64,000 bases of DNA from a candidate division WOR-3 bacterium (GTDB lineage: Bacteria; Hydrothermota; Tepidihabitantia; Tepidihabitantales; Tepidihabitantaceae): assembly GCA_965648905.1 (NCBI GenBank), contig CBFGIT010000006.1, positions 32,001 to 96,000 of the forward strand, written 5' to 3'. The position numbers were made by a program, and so were the translations under genes. Numbering within the stretch: position 1 is the first letter of the stretch; each line of letters starts with the position of its first letter. Below the pieces are notes generated by a model that did no database searches, had not been told where the DNA came from, and saw only the letters and a list, made by a program, of their open reading frames with translations. Positions 46,478 through 56,651 of this stretch are shown one piece after another.

Positions 46478-47805
46478 TTCAGGGCAGTGAGCTTGGCTTT
46501 GCTTGTGACCGAGCCCGGAACATGCATCTGTACGACGTAGACACCGGTGCTCGGGGGCAGGAAGCGGTACGAGTATCGTCCCGCACCGAGCTCGGCATCA
46601 ACGAGCGTCTCGATGACGCGACCGGAATTGTCGAGCACGCGCAGCTCGACCAGGCCGGACTTGACCAGCTCAAACGCAATCGTCCTCCGGCCGCGGCCTG
46701 AGGTCGGCAGCACGGCAACAGGCCGAGCCAGGACCGCCCCGGGCTGGTCTTCAAGTCCGACGCCATTGCGTGTGCGCACTTTCATTGAGTCCACGGCCAT
46801 GTTGCCGGCTACGTCTGAGGCGCGGACGAGAATCCAGTATTCAGCATCGCCGACCAGGCCGCTTGCCCACTTGCCGTTTACGTCCGAGGACTCGATGATT
46901 GAGTCACCGTCGGTGTTGGTGACGATGAAGTAGTAGTTGCGATAGTCGTAGTCACCTTGGGAGCGGCAGGTGTTGTCGCGCTTATAGACGACGCTGACGT
47001 CCGAGCCGTTCAGGATGTTCGAGAACTGGACGCCAATCGTCCACGGTACGACGACTAGGCCGTCGGCGCGACGAATCATGTAGTCGAGCTGGTAGGGGGC
47101 GAGTTTGTCCCAGGTCGCGTTCCCGGTCGAGACCCCGGTCTTGTCGTAGACCTTGGCGATGATGTCAACGTCGCCGACCACCGAGTCGGGATTCAGGTAG
47201 CTGTTGTTGGCATTGTCCCGGCAGATTGCGAAGCGCCAGCTCGACCGGGTATTCTCAAACACTGGCACCTCGGTGTCGGTGTTCGGCTGAATAATGGTGA
47301 GCGGGTTCTGGATGAACCACCAAGTGACGTTGGGAAAACGCATCCAGGTCGCGCCGGTATCGGAGATACGGGCGAAGTGGCAGTGATCAAAGGTCGCGGC
47401 AATCGGCCACGCAACAAGATAGCCAATGACTTCGCCCTCCTGCACCTCGTCGCCCACGTTCCTGTGCCAGCGGGCCGCGTCAATGTGGGCGTAGAGCCAG
47501 CCTTCGGCCCGGCCGGTGAAGTCCGGACTGGTATCGCAGACCGCGAGCCGGTAGTGCAGCTCGGCCTGAATCGTGCCCCACCCTTTGACCCAGCCGTGGC
47601 GGACAGCCCGGACCTCAGAGCCCGAGGTGTCGGGGGTGATGACGTCGATACCGTTGTGGAAGTAACCGCCGCTGCCGTAGTTCTGGTAATTGCCCCAGTT
47701 GTTGCCCATCGGATGGACAACGTTGACCGGCGGAATCGGCCAGTTCGTGGCAAGAGCAGCCCGGGCAAGCAGCACGGAAAGCAAGAGCAATCGAGTGATT
47801 CGCAC
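46474..47805 (-). CDS. Secreted M23-like metallopeptidase with T9SS-like CTD
   Basis: Signal peptide, HNGID, YAHI, VQEGEVIG and HCH motifs; CTD LDNSGRVIETL..GVY. Start GTG 47805 after GGAGG. Promoter TTGACA-N16-TAGAAT at 47867-47894. Confidence 0.75.
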   Translation of the reverse strand: MRITRLLLLSVLLARAALATNWPIPPVNVVHPMGNNWGNYQNYGSGGYFHNGIDVITPDTSGSEVRAVRHGWVKGWGTIQAELHYRLAVCDTSPDFTGRAEGWLYAHIDAARWHRNVGDEVQEGEVIGYLVAWPIAATFDHCHFARISDTGATWMRFPNVTWWFIQNPLTIIQPNTDTEVPVFENTRSSWRFAICRDNANNSYLNPDSVVGDVDIIAKVYDKTGVSTGNATWDKLAPYQLDYMIRRADGLVVVPWTIGVQFSNILNGSDVSVVYKRDNTCRSQGDYDYRNYYFIVTNTDGDSIIESSDVNGKWASGLVGDAEYWILVRASDVAGNMAVDSMKVRTRNGVGLEDQPGAVLARPVAVLPTSGRGRRTIAFELVKSGLVELRVLDNSGRVIETLVDAELGAGRYSYRFLPPSTGVYVVQMHVPGSVTSKAKLTALN

Positions 47806-47911
47806 GAAGCCTCCGAATATCATTCTGTTCGTCTGGTAGTGCAGCCGGCCTATCCGGCTGCACCATATTCTAGGTCGCAGCAGGACGGTGTCAAAGCCCG
47901 CCATTCGCCGT

Positions 47912-47939
47912 TTGACCCGTCCGACAGCCGCGCTATAAT
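47912..47939 (+). promoter_or_regulatory. sigma70-like promoter of glmM-glmS, probably leaderless
   Basis: TTGACC-N16-TATAAT, 8 nt before ATG 47948. Confidence 0.65.
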
Positions 47940-47947
47940 CAGCAGTC

Positions 47948-49324
47948 ATGCTTCCCCCAATCTTCGGGATCTCCGGGCTGCGCGGCGTGGTCGGGCAGGA
48001 CCTGTTGCCTGAGACCGTGACCCGGGTCGCGGCCGCGTTCGGTGCCTTTGTCGGGCCGGGCACGGTCGCAATCGGCCGGGACACACGTACCTCGGGCGAG
48101 ATGATGCTTGCGGCCGCAACCGCCGGCCTGCTTTCGACCGGCTGCGAGGTCGTGGACCTGGGTATCTGTCCGACTCCGACCGTGCTGCACTATACCCGGC
48201 TTTCGCGGCTGGCCGGGGCGATTGCCCTGACCGCGAGCCACAATCCCGAGCAGTGGAACGGGATGAAGTTCGTCAGCCGGGACGGCGATTTCATCTCTCC
48301 GGAGGAGCTGGCCGCGTTTCGCAAACTGGTCAAAGCCGGACCGCCCCGTTACGCGGGGTGGGACGGAGTGCGGCCGGTCAAGACTAATCCCAACGCAGTC
48401 TATGCCCACGTCAACGCCATCATCGGCAACCGGCTGTTTCGGGACATTCGCACTGCGGTCATCGGCCGCAAGCTCAAGGTGGGCGTGGATGCGGTCAACG
48501 GCGCAGCCTCGAATGCCGCGCTCCAGCTCGTCGATGCGCTCGGGGCCGAGCCGGTCAAGCTCTACTGCTCGATTGAGCCGCGCAAGCCACTCGGGTTTCC
48601 GCGTCGGCCTGAGCCGACCGCCGAGAATATCACCGACCTCTGCAACTTCGTCAAGGAGCGCAAGCTCGACCTGGGTATCGCCTTTGACCCGGATGGCGAC
48701 CGGTTCAGTTGCGTGGACGAGACCGGTACGGCGCTGGGCGAGGAAGCGACCATTTGTCTGGCCTGCAAGTACGTCCTTGCCCGACGCAAAGGGCCGGTCG
48801 TCGTGAACCTCTCGACCTCGCGCGCGGTGGATGAGGTCTGCGCCGGTTTCGGCGTCGCGGTTGAACGGACTCCGGTCGGAGAGGCTTCGGTGGTCGAGCG
48901 GATGAAGGCGGTCAACGCCGTTGTGGGCGGAGAAGGAAATGGCGGCGTGATTTTGCCCGAGCTCAATCTGACCCGGGACGGTCTGGTTGCCGCGGCGACG
49001 GTTATGGGTCTGCTGAGCGAGAACAGCGGGCCACTTTCCGCCATCCGGCAGGCATTGCCGGCCTTTGTCATGGTTAAGATTACCCTGCCGATGAATCGGG
49101 ATGATTTTGCCGCCCGCCTGGACCGGCTCGTTGCCGAGTTCAGCCCGGCTCGGGCCGACCGACACGACGGGCTGAGGCTGGATGGTGATGACTTCTGGCT
49201 GCACTGCCGGGTCTCCAACACCGAGCCGATTGTCCGGATTATCGTTGAGACAAGGGAACAGGCACGGGCCGTGGAGCTGGCCGAGCGGGCGCGGGGCGTA
49301 CTCGCGACGCAGGAGAAGGCCTAG
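47948..49324 (+). CDS. glmM: Phosphoglucosamine mutase (alpha-D-phosphohexomutase family)
   Basis: TASHNP, DPDGDR, GGEGNG and RVSNTEP motifs. Directly upstream of glmS. Confidence 0.85.
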   Translation: MLPPIFGISGLRGVVGQDLLPETVTRVAAAFGAFVGPGTVAIGRDTRTSGEMMLAAATAGLLSTGCEVVDLGICPTPTVLHYTRLSRLAGAIALTASHNPEQWNGMKFVSRDGDFISPEELAAFRKLVKAGPPRYAGWDGVRPVKTNPNAVYAHVNAIIGNRLFRDIRTAVIGRKLKVGVDAVNGAASNAALQLVDALGAEPVKLYCSIEPRKPLGFPRRPEPTAENITDLCNFVKERKLDLGIAFDPDGDRFSCVDETGTALGEEATICLACKYVLARRKGPVVVNLSTSRAVDEVCAGFGVAVERTPVGEASVVERMKAVNAVVGGEGNGGVILPELNLTRDGLVAAATVMGLLSENSGPLSAIRQALPAFVMVKITLPMNRDDFAARLDRLVAEFSPARADRHDGLRLDGDDFWLHCRVSNTEPIVRIIVETREQARAVELAERARGVLATQEKA

Positions 49325-49327
49325 CCC

Positions 49328-51154
49328 GTGTGCGGCATCGTCGGTTACGTGGGTCCGCGTGACCTGTCGAACGTCATCCTTGTCGGGTTAGAGCGGCTGG
49401 AGTACCGCGGGTACGATTCCTGCGGCATCGCCACGGTCGACTCAGGCAGCATCACAATTCGTAAGACCACGGGCCGGTTGAAGCAACTGAAGGACATCCT
49501 GGCCCGGCAGCCGGTCAAAGGCAGCGTCGGTATCGGCCATACTCGATGGGCGACCCACGGCCGCGTAACCGATGAGAACGCTCATCCGTTTGCCGACTGC
49601 ACGGGTACCATCGCTCTGGTGCACAATGGCATTGTCGAGAACTACCGGGAGCTGCGCGAGCGACTCATCAAGCAGGGCCACCGGTTCGTGTCCGGGACCG
49701 ACACCGAGGTCGTGGTTCATCTGATTGAGTCGTACTACCGGAACGACCTGGCCGTCGCGATTCGGCGGGCTGCGGCCGAGCTCGCGGGTTCTTTCGCCCT
49801 GGCCGTGATCTCGGTGCGAGAGCCGGACAGGCTCTTTGCTGTGCGGACCGGTTCGCCGCTGGTTATCGGTCGGGGTCGGCGTGAATGCGTGCTGGCGTCG
49901 GATGCGCCGGCGCTGGTGGGAATCGCCCGCAGGATGATGCCGATGCACGACGGCGAAATCGCGGTCGTGTCGCGTGATTCGGTCCAGGTTACTGACCTTG
50001 CCGGTCGGCCGGTCGAGCACGAGTTCACCGCTCTGGAGCTGAAGACCAGAGCGATGTCGAAAGGCAGATACCCGCACTTCATGCGCAAGGAGATATTCGA
50101 GCAGCCCAGGGTCATCAGCGAGAACATCGAACGCCGGTTCCGCGACCGCGCGGTCGTGCTCGACCCGGAGTTTCTCTTTTATCCGGACGAGGTCGAAAAG
50201 GTTGAACGGATTGTCATTCAGGCCTGTGGGACGTCGTACCATGCCGGGCTGGTCGGCCGATACTACTTCGAGAAGTTCTGCCGGATTCCGGTCTCGGTCG
50301 AAATCAGCTCGGAACTGCGAACTTCGGAGTACGTCTACGACGGCCACACCTTGATGGTGCCAATCAGCCAGTCAGGCGAGACTGCGGATACGCTCGCTGC
50401 GCTGCGCGAGGCGAACCGGCGCGAGATTCACTCGCTCGCGGTGCTCAATACCAGACGGTCGTCGATTGACCGCGAGGCCAGTTCCTCGGTTTTCATCCAT
50501 GCCGGACCGGAAATCGGGGTTGCCTCGACCAAGGCCTATACGGCGCAGATTTTCACGCTGCTCAGTCTGGCCCTGTACTTCGGCCGGATTCGTAAGTCGA
50601 TTTCGGACGAGAAGTTCGACGAGATTGCGGCCCACGTGCGCCGGCTGCCGGAGCAGTTGACCGAGGTGCTCGGTCTGGACAAGCGGATTCGTGACGTGGC
50701 GGGTCGGCTTTCGTTCGCCCACGACTTTCTGTTTCTCGGCCGGGGCATCAACTACCCGTCGGCGCTTGAGGGTGCGCTCAAGCTCAAGGAGATATCCTAC
50801 GTGCATGCCACCGGCTACCCGGCCGGCGAAATGAAGCATGGACCGATTTCGCTTGTCACTGAGAATGTGCCGGTGATTGGGATTGCTCCGCGCGACTCGG
50901 TGTATGACAAAATGGTTTCGAACCTGGCCGAGGCGAGGGCGCGCAAGGGCCGGATTATTGCGGTCGGGACCGAGGGCGATACTGCTCTCGCCGAATTGGC
51001 CGAGACCGTGTTTTCGGTTCCGGAGATGCCGGAGTATCTCTCGCCCATCGTTGTTGCCCTGCCCCTGCAATTGCTCGCATATCATGTTGCGGTCCTGCGT
51101 GGCTGCGACGTAGACAAACCCCGTAACCTGGCCAAGTCGGTCACGGTTGAGTGA
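49328..51154 (+). CDS. glmS: Glutamine--fructose-6-phosphate aminotransferase
   Basis: MCGIVG, LEYRGYDS, GHTRWATHG, SQSGETADT and KPRNLAKSVTVE motifs. Confidence 0.97.
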   Translation: MCGIVGYVGPRDLSNVILVGLERLEYRGYDSCGIATVDSGSITIRKTTGRLKQLKDILARQPVKGSVGIGHTRWATHGRVTDENAHPFADCTGTIALVHNGIVENYRELRERLIKQGHRFVSGTDTEVVVHLIESYYRNDLAVAIRRAAAELAGSFALAVISVREPDRLFAVRTGSPLVIGRGRRECVLASDAPALVGIARRMMPMHDGEIAVVSRDSVQVTDLAGRPVEHEFTALELKTRAMSKGRYPHFMRKEIFEQPRVISENIERRFRDRAVVLDPEFLFYPDEVEKVERIVIQACGTSYHAGLVGRYYFEKFCRIPVSVEISSELRTSEYVYDGHTLMVPISQSGETADTLAALREANRREIHSLAVLNTRRSSIDREASSSVFIHAGPEIGVASTKAYTAQIFTLLSLALYFGRIRKSISDEKFDEIAAHVRRLPEQLTEVLGLDKRIRDVAGRLSFAHDFLFLGRGINYPSALEGALKLKEISYVHATGYPAGEMKHGPISLVTENVPVIGIAPRDSVYDKMVSNLAEARARKGRIIAVGTEGDTALAELAETVFSVPEMPEYLSPIVVALPLQLLAYHVAVLRGCDVDKPRNLAKSVTVE

Positions 51155-51192
51155 CCGTCGTTCAGTTCCGGGCCGCGGCGGTCCTACGTGGT

Positions 51193-51222
51193 TTGACAGT
51201 AGTGCCCGGGTTGGGGTATACT
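51193..51222 (+). promoter_or_regulatory. sigma70-like promoter of the large C25 gene
   Basis: TTGACA-N18-TATACT followed by a leader of about 115 nt containing a hairpin. Confidence 0.6.
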
Positions 51223-51343
51223 TAAGATGAGGCGTCGAAGCATGACGGAACCAGTGGGAGCCGCTGCGCAGACCGGTGTCCGGTCCCCGGTCGGCACGAC
51301 TCCCCAGAACCAGCGATGGCACCTATAAACTACTGGAGGCTCT

Positions 51344-54300
51344 GTGAAGCGCTATCTTAGTCTGGCAATGCTGCTTGCGGTTATCACCGGGGCACGGGCC
51401 AGCACGTGGTCCGGCAACTTCCGTTTCTCGACCGGCACGATTGACCTTTCCACGACGACAAGAGACGGCAGGACATTCGTTCTGGTGAACCCGGGTCCTC
51501 AGCCGACACCCGGGCTCTATGCGGTACCAGGCGCGGAGCCAGGCAAGCCACTGCTGCCGGCATGGAGTTTCACAGTCGTCATCCCTCAGGGCATGCGCGT
51601 GGCCGGCGTCGAGGCCGTACCGGCCAGCACTCAGCAATTGCCTGGACGATGCGAGGTGTTTCCGGCTCAAGAACCGGTGCCGGCATCGGTGCGCGAGCTG
51701 CCTCCGTTCCGGCCCGGCGACGCTTCAGTCTACGGGTCGGACAACGCCTATCCCGGCGTGAGCGCAACCGTCAGTCCGGTCGGGATCAAGTCCGGGTTCA
51801 GGCTGGTGACGGTGACGCTCCATCCGGTTCAGTACCATCCGCTTTCCGGCCGACTGGTGCTGGCAACCGAGCTTGCAGTCAGACTGACGTTCGAACCTGA
51901 TCCGACCGCGCAGCCGGAGCGTCTGACCCGGGCCCAGCTTGAGAACTTCGGCGACGCGGTTCGGGCCTTGGTCTACAATCCGAACGACGTAGCCCGGTAC
52001 GCGCCGGTTGAGCGGCAGACCGACTGGGGCAACATTGACTACATCATCATCACCAACGATGCGCTCCAGAACGAATTCGCTCCGCTGGTCCGATGGCGGA
52101 CCAAGAAAGGCTACCGGACCGAAGTCAGGACCGTTTCCTGGATAAGCGCGAACTACCCGGGCCGCGACAATCAGGAGAAGATCCGCAACTTCATCCGTGA
52201 CTACTACAACAACCAAGGCACGCGCTGGATTCTGCTCGGGGGCGACCATACGGTCGTTCCGACCCGCCTGGCCCGGGCAGTGGTCGGCAGTTACACCGGG
52301 GACATCGCCTGCGACCTTTACTACGCAGACCTGCAATGGTCATGGGACGGTAACAACAACAACATCTTTGGCGAGTCAGGGGTCGACACGGTCGACCTCT
52401 ACTACGACCTGTACGTCGGCCGGGCGTCGGTCGAGACCGCAACCGAAGTACAGACGTTCATCAACAAAGTCCTGACCCACGAGAAAAACCCGCCGACCGA
52501 CTACCTCCGTCGGATGCTCCTAGTCGATGCCCTGCTCTGGTCCGGATACAACCACCAGCAGTCAAATGATTCCATCGCCAACATCACGCCGGCAGGCTGG
52601 ACTGACGTATTCATGCACGACCCGGTTGGGACGACCATCGTGCGTGACTCATTGAACAACGGTTTCCAGTTCTGCCACATGGTTGGTCACGGCAACGAGG
52701 TTGGCATCTACAACGGCGGAACCGCATACTACGGCAACGGCGCGGTGCCCGGTCACAACAACGGCCCCCGGGTCGGGCTTATCAACTCAATTGCCTGCTA
52801 CCCGGGGTGCTTTGACTACTCGGTCTCTGATTGTCTTGCTGAGCTGAGCCACAATTGTACCACCGGCGGCGCACTGGCAGTTATCTTCAACTCCCGGTAC
52901 GGCTGGGGGCAGCCGCCTTCGATGGGGCCGTCAGAGCGGCTCGACATCAGGCTCTACGACTATTTCTTCAATCACGACACGATGCCGATGGGCATCACTC
53001 ATGCTTTGTCAAAAGAAGTCTACCGCGACTGGGCCATGAACCAGCAGGTCTGGCGCTGGTGCTACTACGAACTGAACCTGTTCGGCGACCCGCTACTCTT
53101 GATGTACGAGAACGTGCCCGCCGCACTGAATGCGTCGTTCACCAGCCCGATTGCGCTCGGCAGTCAGAACTTCACGGTCACGGTGACCTCGGGGGCCAGC
53201 AACGTCAACATGGCGCTGGTCTGTCTCTGGAAGGGCAGCGAGGTGTACGACCGGAACTATACCAACGCCTCGGGACAAGTGACCTTTTCGATCAACCCGG
53301 CGACCGGTGGCTACATGTACGTGACCGCGACCAAGCCGAATTACCTGCCGGACGAAGACTCCTGTGAGGTGATCGCCGGCTCGACCGACGTCGGCCCGAC
53401 CCGAATCGTTGCTCCACTCGGGACGCTCGATTCGGGCACCGTAGTCACGCCCAGCGTCTGGGTGAAGAACTTCGGCAGCCTGTCAGCTACCTTCCCGGTG
53501 ACGATGCGTATCGGCACCGGCTATAGCGACAGCAGGACGGTAACCAATCTGGCACCGCTTGATTCGGCCCAGGTCTGGTTCAACAACTGGACCGCATCGC
53601 CGCGTGGCACTCATGTGGTTCGGTGCAGCACCGGCTACTCCCAGGACCAGAATCGCGCCAACGATACACTCTCGCGCCCGGTCTCGGTCCGAGTCGTTGA
53701 CGCGGCGGCAATCCGCATCGTTTCGCCCACGGGCGCGGCTGACTCGGGGACGGTCATCACGCCCCGGGCCTGGGTGCGGAACTGCGGAACCGGCATCGCC
53801 TCGTTCAATGCGACATTCAGCATCGGCACCGGCTACAATGACGTGCGGGCGGTCAGCAACCTTGGCTCAGGCGACTCAGTACTGGTCAGTTTCAGCGACT
53901 GGACCGCAGGGCCGTGTGGTGCGCACGCTTCGCGCTGTACGGTTGCGCTGGTCGGCGACATGGTCTCAGCCAATGACCTGGTATCGGGCACGGTCACGGT
54001 CGGGGTCGTTGATGTTGCTCTGACGCGGATTGTCGCACCGGTCGGTGCGATTGATTCCAAGCAGGTCATTGTCCCCGCATGTACGGTCGCCAACAACAGC
54101 ACGACCGCACAGGCTTACAGCGTCAGGCTAAGCATCGGCACCTGCTATGACCGGGTCGTGAATATCGCCGCCCATCCACCGCTCTCCAAGCTGTTTGTTC
54201 AGTTCCCGCCGTTTGCCGACTGGCCGCGCGGCACGCATCAGGTGACCGCGTTCACTATTCTGCCCGGAGACCAGGTTCCGGCCAACGATACGGCCCGCAC

Positions 54301-56545
54301 CGCGATCACGGTCAGCGTCAAAGACGTTGCCTGTGCCCGATTGCTGGAGCCGTTCGGCACCTATGACTCGGGCACGACCGTCACGCCCGCCTGCTCTCTT
54401 GACAACTTCGGCAGTGCGGCCGTGACCTACTCGGTACGGATGCGGATTGGCTCGGTCTACAGCCGGGCTGCGACCGTGACCAACCACGCGCCCGGGACCC
54501 GCGTCTATCTGTCGTTCCCGAACTGGGTTGCCAGCCCGGTCGGCAACATGCTGGTTCGCTGCTCGACCGAGCTGGCCGGCGACTGTCGCAGCGCCAATAA
54601 CCGGCAGACTACGGTCATCACGGTTCGGAGTATGGGCGGCCACGACTTGAGCTGCACGCACATCCTTGCTCCGGTCGGCCAGGTGGATTCGGGCGCACCG
54701 ATTACACCGGCATGCACGGTGCGCAACTACGGCGGCTTCACCGAGGACTACACCGTGCGGATGAAGATCGGCTCGGTGTACAATGAGGTGGTTGCGGTTG
54801 CCGGCCACGCGCCGGGTACGAGTCGAGCAATTGACTTTCCGGAATGGCGCGCCTGGCCGGTCGGGCCGGCGGTCGTCACCTGTTCGACCGAGCTCGGAAC
54901 CGACAACACGCCGCTCAATGACCGCACCGTGGGCAGCTTCGTCGTGCTGCGGGCCGGGCCGGATGTCGGCTGCACCCGGGTCACGTCGCCGGTCGGGCCT
55001 TATCCTGAGGGCCGCATCGTCGCACCGGCCTGTTCCGTCTTCAACTTTGGCAACGCGCCAGCAACCTATGCTCTGCGGCTGACAATTGACACGCTCTACG
55101 ATTCGACCGTGACGATTACCGACCACGAGCCGGGCACTGCCCGTCATGTCTGGCTGCCGGTATGGGTCACCCGGCCGGCTGGCAGCTACACGGTCACTGC
55201 CTACACGATGCTGGCCGGGGATCTGGGTCCGGGTAATGACACAGCTCGAAGCCAGTGTGTCGTGCTGCCGCCTTCGGTCAAGCCCTGGTCGGAACGGACG
55301 CCGATGCCGCTGCCATCTTCGGTTCGGCCGGCCGGCGATGGTGCCTGGCTTGCTTATCATGCGGGACGCGACGTCGTCTTTGCGGCCAAAGGCAACAAGT
55401 CGAACGACTTCTACCAGTACAACCCGAACACCGACGTCTGGCTCCACCTGACATCAATCCCGATGGGCGTCTCGAACCGGTATGCAGGCAAGGGCGCATG
55501 CGGCACGACCGACGGAGCCGAGTATGTCTATGCGGCCAAAGGCAACAACACAGCCGAGTTCTGGCGCTACAGTGTCGCTCGCGACTCATGGGCGGCGCTG
55601 GCCGAAGTACCGCTGGGCCCAAGCCGCAAGAAGCTGAAGGGCGGCGGGGATATGGTCTTTGTGCCGGGTGATACCGACTTCGTCTATCTGCTCAAAGGCC
55701 ACCGCAATGAGTTCATGCGCTACCGCATTGATACTGACACGTGGGAATTACTTGAACCCGCGCCGACCCAGGGTCGGCCCAAGTGGGACAAGGGTTCATG
55801 GCTGGTCTATGACCAGGCCGGGGCGCTCTACGCTCACAAGGCCAAGTACCACGAGCTCTGGGCTTTCGACCTGACTATCGACCGCTGGGACACGTCTCGT
55901 CACCTGACGGGCATGCCCCAGGTCAGCCGTCAGGGACGAAACAAGAAGTCCAAGGACGGCGGCTGCGGTACCTTCTACGCCAACATGCTCTACTCACTCA
56001 AGGGCGGCAACACTCAGGAGTTCTGGCGCTACGCGATTGACGGCGATTCGTGGACCGAGCTCGAGACCCTGCCGGTCTATGGTGCGACGCAGCGGGCCAA
56101 GAAGGTGAAGAACGGTGCCGACATCGCCAGTGACGGCCAGGGCCTGCTCTTTGCCCTGAAGGGCAATAAGACGGTTGAGTTCTGGTGCTACACAATCATG
56201 GGCGGATTTGCCGGGTCCGGTTCGATTGCGCCTGACGCCAGCGAAGGTGTGATGGCGGAAAGGAATCCTGCCTCGCATAGCGGCGCGGGCATTGTGCGCG
56301 TCTTCCCGAACCCGCTCCGCAACGGCTTCGTGACAATCAGACTGAGTGGTGAGCCGGTCAAGTGGCCAAGTGGTTCGGCAAAGGTCAGGATTGTCGATGT
56401 CTCGGGCCGTGTTCGGCAGACTGCAACCTGCAACCTGCATACTGCCGTTCAACTCGACCTGCGTGCGCTGCCGGCTGGGGTCTACACCCTGCAACTGACC
56501 GTCGGCGACCGCTCGGTCAACCAGAAGCTGGTGATTCAGCAGTAG
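51344..56545 (+). CDS. Secreted gingipain-like C25 cysteine peptidase with propeptide, 6 CARDB-like repeats, Kelch-like propeller and T9SS-like CTD
   Basis: Propeptide PGKPLLP, DYIIIT, LLGGD, catalytic GHG and IACYPG, LFGDP; repeats and propeller as in the M14 protein; VFPNP..DVSGR..GVY..QKLVIQQ. Confidence 0.92.
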   Translation: MKRYLSLAMLLAVITGARASTWSGNFRFSTGTIDLSTTTRDGRTFVLVNPGPQPTPGLYAVPGAEPGKPLLPAWSFTVVIPQGMRVAGVEAVPASTQQLPGRCEVFPAQEPVPASVRELPPFRPGDASVYGSDNAYPGVSATVSPVGIKSGFRLVTVTLHPVQYHPLSGRLVLATELAVRLTFEPDPTAQPERLTRAQLENFGDAVRALVYNPNDVARYAPVERQTDWGNIDYIIITNDALQNEFAPLVRWRTKKGYRTEVRTVSWISANYPGRDNQEKIRNFIRDYYNNQGTRWILLGGDHTVVPTRLARAVVGSYTGDIACDLYYADLQWSWDGNNNNIFGESGVDTVDLYYDLYVGRASVETATEVQTFINKVLTHEKNPPTDYLRRMLLVDALLWSGYNHQQSNDSIANITPAGWTDVFMHDPVGTTIVRDSLNNGFQFCHMVGHGNEVGIYNGGTAYYGNGAVPGHNNGPRVGLINSIACYPGCFDYSVSDCLAELSHNCTTGGALAVIFNSRYGWGQPPSMGPSERLDIRLYDYFFNHDTMPMGITHALSKEVYRDWAMNQQVWRWCYYELNLFGDPLLLMYENVPAALNASFTSPIALGSQNFTVTVTSGASNVNMALVCLWKGSEVYDRNYTNASGQVTFSINPATGGYMYVTATKPNYLPDEDSCEVIAGSTDVGPTRIVAPLGTLDSGTVVTPSVWVKNFGSLSATFPVTMRIGTGYSDSRTVTNLAPLDSAQVWFNNWTASPRGTHVVRCSTGYSQDQNRANDTLSRPVSVRVVDAAAIRIVSPTGAADSGTVITPRAWVRNCGTGIASFNATFSIGTGYNDVRAVSNLGSGDSVLVSFSDWTAGPCGAHASRCTVALVGDMVSANDLVSGTVTVGVVDVALTRIVAPVGAIDSKQVIVPACTVANNSTTAQAYSVRLSIGTCYDRVVNIAAHPPLSKLFVQFPPFADWPRGTHQVTAFTILPGDQVPANDTARTAITVSVKDVACARLLEPFGTYDSGTTVTPACSLDNFGSAAVTYSVRMRIGSVYSRAATVTNHAPGTRVYLSFPNWVASPVGNMLVRCSTELAGDCRSANNRQTTVITVRSMGGHDLSCTHILAPVGQVDSGAPITPACTVRNYGGFTEDYTVRMKIGSVYNEVVAVAGHAPGTSRAIDFPEWRAWPVGPAVVTCSTELGTDNTPLNDRTVGSFVVLRAGPDVGCTRVTSPVGPYPEGRIVAPACSVFNFGNAPATYALRLTIDTLYDSTVTITDHEPGTARHVWLPVWVTRPAGSYTVTAYTMLAGDLGPGNDTARSQCVVLPPSVKPWSERTPMPLPSSVRPAGDGAWLAYHAGRDVVFAAKGNKSNDFYQYNPNTDVWLHLTSIPMGVSNRYAGKGACGTTDGAEYVYAAKGNNTAEFWRYSVARDSWAALAEVPLGPSRKKLKGGGDMVFVPGDTDFVYLLKGHRNEFMRYRIDTDTWELLEPAPTQGRPKWDKGSWLVYDQAGALYAHKAKYHELWAFDLTIDRWDTSRHLTGMPQVSRQGRNKKSKDGGCGTFYANMLYSLKGGNTQEFWRYAIDGDSWTELETLPVYGATQRAKKVKNGADIASDGQGLLFALKGNKTVEFWCYTIMGGFAGSGSIAPDASEGVMAERNPASHSGAGIVRVFPNPLRNGFVTIRLSGEPVKWPSGSAKVRIVDVSGRVRQTATCNLHTAVQLDLRALPAGVYTLQLTVGDRSVNQKLVIQQ

Positions 56546-56566
56546 CCGGCCGGGAGCAGATTGACG

Positions 56567-56596
56567 AATCAGGGCGGCCTTCGGGCCGCCCTGATT
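56567..56596. terminator. Terminator hairpin with UUCG loop between convergent genes
   Basis: AATCAGGGCGGCC-TTCG-GGCCGCCCTGATT. Confidence 0.8.
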
Positions 56597-56651
56597 GTTC
56601 AGGATGCAGGCGAGAGCGCCGGTACGGTCTGGGCGGGCGCGCTGCCTGGTT

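Noticed and set aside
47939..49204. Long antisense ORFs such as 47939-49204, 54128-55447, 59108-60301 and 9236-10219
   Set aside because: They are shadows of well-supported genes in GC-rich DNA and have no protein motifs of their own.
49300..49330. glmS ribozyme
   Set aside because: glmS starts 3 nt after the glmM stop, leaving no leader.
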